Below, piece after piece: positions 45,428-47,600 of a stretch of 47,600 nt of DNA; the stretch's first letter is position 1; every line of letters starts with the position of its first letter. A program made the translations under genes and the position numbers. The notes beneath the pieces are model-generated. The model was not told the origin of the DNA, ran no database searches, and worked only from the letters and a program-made list of their open reading frames with translations. Source of the DNA: Candidatus Brocadiia bacterium (GTDB taxonomy: Bacteria; Planctomycetota; Brocadiia; SM23-32); the NCBI GenBank assembly GCA_046538485.1, contig JBKHIT010000036.1, positions 1-47,600 on the forward strand, in the 5' to 3' direction.

Positions 45428-46762
45428 ATGTCAGATACGCGAAAGACAGATGAAAGACTCAGAGGTTGGCTGGACTCAAACCAGGTCCAGAGGGAGCGAC
45501 TTTGCGCCCACCTGCTACCACTGCTTGGGCCTTACTCCCACGTGGAATGTCGACGTCCAAAAGGTGGGCCTGACGGTGGACGCGACATGGAGGCAAAGTA
45601 TAAGGAAGACTACTGCGTCTGGTGCGCCGTGGGATTCCGGAACTCAGCGAGAGACGATAAAGAGGACAAAAGATGGGTGGAGAATAAGTTTACAGACGAT
45701 TTGCGTAGGGCACTGGAAGAAGACGAGACGCTTCAGGGCTTCGTGTTTTTTACAAATATTGATCTGACGCCAGGTGAAACTGACGCGCTGAAAGAATTCG
45801 GTAAAAAAGAAGGTGTAGGGCACATCGATATCTTTGCGCGAGAGCGATTGCGCCTGGCGCTCGATAGCGTAGAGGGCTGGGGTTATCGGCTTCGGTTCCT
45901 CGACATTGCTATGTCCAAGGAAGAGCAAATTGCGTTCACGGACCGCTTTGGAGCACGACTCGAATCTCTTCTGGAAGACCAGAAAACAGAACTTCGTGAA
46001 CAACAGAATGAGATAAACGAGAAGCTTCGTCGTATCGAGTTCTTTCATGATTGCTCAAAACCTGCCCGGGGAGTTCGGTTTGGCATTTTTCTGAAAGGTG
46101 CGAAGACTCCAGAGGATCTTGGACATTTCCGCATTCTGCTTGAGGCGATGAAGTTCTCTAAAGAAGGACCCCATTCGACAATTTGGTTCGGGGCTCGCGA
46201 CGCCTATTCCACCTGGCATAGTGGTGATTCTGAAACGCGCCTCTTTGGGGTGAAGACCCTTGTGTGGTCGGAAAATCCGGATGAAGATATCCAAGAAACG
46301 ATCATTGGGGCAAGTGCCCCTGCAGGACAGGTGATCGCCTCGAGTGCACACCTGTATGGAACCGGCCCTGTTCAGGAACTCGGCGACTTCGATGGACTAT
46401 GCATTCGTGTCTGGGTGACCAAACCCTTGGTGGAACATATTCGTTACTTAGGGTTCACTGTGAATAAGTACCTGCTCATCGGAGTCCCTGAAGAGCATAT
46501 TGCAACAAGGGAGCAGATTTTGGGGCGAGTACACGCCAATGTTGGCGAGGTAGACTGGATGGAAGATTTGTCACCCGCTGAGTCCGAAGTGGAATGGATA
46601 GAACTATGCATAAAGGGGCCCGACGCAAATGTGCCGATGGACGCTGAGCACCCGCCCGGTGCATACGAGCGGACGGTGCCGTGGGATATACATTTTGACG
46701 ATTATGCGCCTGTCAAACTTTCGGCCAAACAGAATACCACCGTAATGGAAGCTGATTCTTAG
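45428..46762 (+). CDS. Restriction-endonuclease-like N-terminal domain + coiled coil + unknown C-terminal domain
   Basis: RERLC, PKGGPDGGRD, KFTDDL, FVFFTN; GGAG RBS. Confidence 0.7.
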   Translation: MSDTRKTDERLRGWLDSNQVQRERLCAHLLPLLGPYSHVECRRPKGGPDGGRDMEAKYKEDYCVWCAVGFRNSARDDKEDKRWVENKFTDDLRRALEEDETLQGFVFFTNIDLTPGETDALKEFGKKEGVGHIDIFARERLRLALDSVEGWGYRLRFLDIAMSKEEQIAFTDRFGARLESLLEDQKTELREQQNEINEKLRRIEFFHDCSKPARGVRFGIFLKGAKTPEDLGHFRILLEAMKFSKEGPHSTIWFGARDAYSTWHSGDSETRLFGVKTLVWSENPDEDIQETIIGASAPAGQVIASSAHLYGTGPVQELGDFDGLCIRVWVTKPLVEHIRYLGFTVNKYLLIGVPEEHIATREQILGRVHANVGEVDWMEDLSPAESEVEWIELCIKGPDANVPMDAEHPPGAYERTVPWDIHFDDYAPVKLSAKQNTTVMEADS

Positions 46763-46805
46763 AGCGTTTGAATCGTCCGCGAGAGCACAGGCATTCCGAG
46801 GAAAC

Positions 46806-47024
46806 ATGGTGATGGAGTGGGTTCTGATTCTGGCGTTTTTGGTGAAGGCTATTGGGCCGGCGGTGGCGACCGGGGTGCTGTCCTCGCAGCTCACCGATCT
46901 GTTCTCCAAACTCCGGCGCATGGCACGGGGCGATGAGGAACTGTCCGCCGAACTCGTCCGGGAGATCGTCGAAGATGCGCTGCCCCAGGAGGTCTGCGAG
47001 CAGATCGAGTGCAGCACAGCATAG
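46806..47024 (+). CDS. Small hypothetical protein with hydrophobic N-terminus
   Basis: GAGG RBS before ATG, GC-rich codon pattern; no recognisable motif. Confidence 0.35.
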   Translation: MVMEWVLILAFLVKAIGPAVATGVLSSQLTDLFSKLRRMARGDEELSAELVREIVEDALPQEVCEQIECSTA

Positions 47025-47061
47025 TAAGCATTCGGTAAAGTGCGTTGCAGCAGGGAGGAAA

Positions 47062-47600
47062 TCAGGCGCTGCAGAGTGCTTGGCGGAAGTCCTGCGTGAG
47101 GGGATATAGGAAGATTTTTTTGATCGGAACTGCATTTTTGTGCTCGCTGTCGAGTTTGCCTCGACCTTTCGTCTCACCCACCTCCACCCAGTTCGCCGCC
47201 TTGTAGCAGGTTCCCTCAAAACGCTGCTTCTCCACGAAAGTCTCCAGAAGCACCGGCTTCTGGCCGTAGCGCTCCTGCCAGTCGGAGGAGAGCCGCTTTG
47301 ATACCGTCGAGAGAATGCGGCTGGCCAGGTTGTGGGACCGGACCCAGGGCAGGATCAGAAATCGAGCATTGTTGGTGATAAGCGGGAGGTTGGCCTTTCT
47401 TTGTGAGTGCGTCCAGCCGATGTACTCATCCCGCGGGGCCACCTTCCAGGCGGCCGCCCCGAATCCCAGTGCCGCCAGAAGTCGCTGGCCGTGCTCCGCC
47501 CCGCTGTGCACCAGATATCGCATCTGCGCTCCCGGCAGAGGGTTGTACCCCAGATAATGATAACGCTCGATCAGTTCGTTCCACAGCCCCGAGCGGTTGC
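47062..47600 (-). CDS. DUF4338 (DruA-like) protein, 5' part outside window
   Basis: Frame open to window edge: LWNELIERYHYLGY..GAQMRYL, NNARFLILPW, LLETFVE, GTCYKAANW, IFLYPL. Confidence 0.88.
   Translation of the reverse strand, partial: NRSGLWNELIERYHYLGYNPLPGAQMRYLVHSGAEHGQRLLAALGFGAAAWKVAPRDEYIGWTHSQRKANLPLITNNARFLILPWVRSHNLASRILSTVSKRLSSDWQERYGQKPVLLETFVEKQRFEGTCYKAANWVEVGETKGRGKLDSEHKNAVPIKKIFLYPLTQDFRQALCSA

Larger units (their letters stand above)
22553..47600. other. Defence island (retron, type I R-M, SIR2-TPR-PIN, nucleases, DUF3800, PIN, DUF4338)
   Basis: Dense cluster of defence-type domains with visibly mosaic base composition; no integrase in window; right end not seen. Confidence 0.85.

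Overview
Bacterial window in two parts; no rRNA, tRNA or CRISPR array is visible. The sulfatase-rich content and GTAG-type REPs suggest a PVC/Planctomycetota-like host, which is an inference. (1) 1-22.3 kb is mostly housekeeping and metabolic DNA. It has a sulfatase x3 / GHMP kinase / APH-family kinase / SMP-30 lactonase operon, a DegT aminotransferase, a CPBP protease, two M55 peptidases, ileS, DUF167, an M20 peptidase, DUF1614 and a Ser-type sulfatase. It is bracketed by two clusters of GTAG-REP composite repeats, which together hold three copies of a co-varying four-way-junction element. (2) 22.5-47.6 kb is a defence island. On the minus strand lie a membrane-anchored Zn-phospholipase-C-like gene and a type VI-like retron (promoter, ~320 nt ncRNA, 78-aa small protein, XRE HTH, RT). 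The retron's terminal inverted repeat base-pairs over the small protein's Shine-Dalgarno and start codon. Divergently, on the plus strand, is a type I R-M operon whose HsdM carries an N-terminal winged HTH with a palindromic operator in front of it. A 2149-aa SIR2-TPR-PIN protein is inserted between hsdS and hsdR. Downstream come an M48 protein, two PD-(D/E)xK-like nucleases, DUF3800, a PIN-like protein, a 4TM + SAM-methyltransferase pair and a partial DUF4338 gene. All calls come from motif reading by eye; no searches or folding programs were run.
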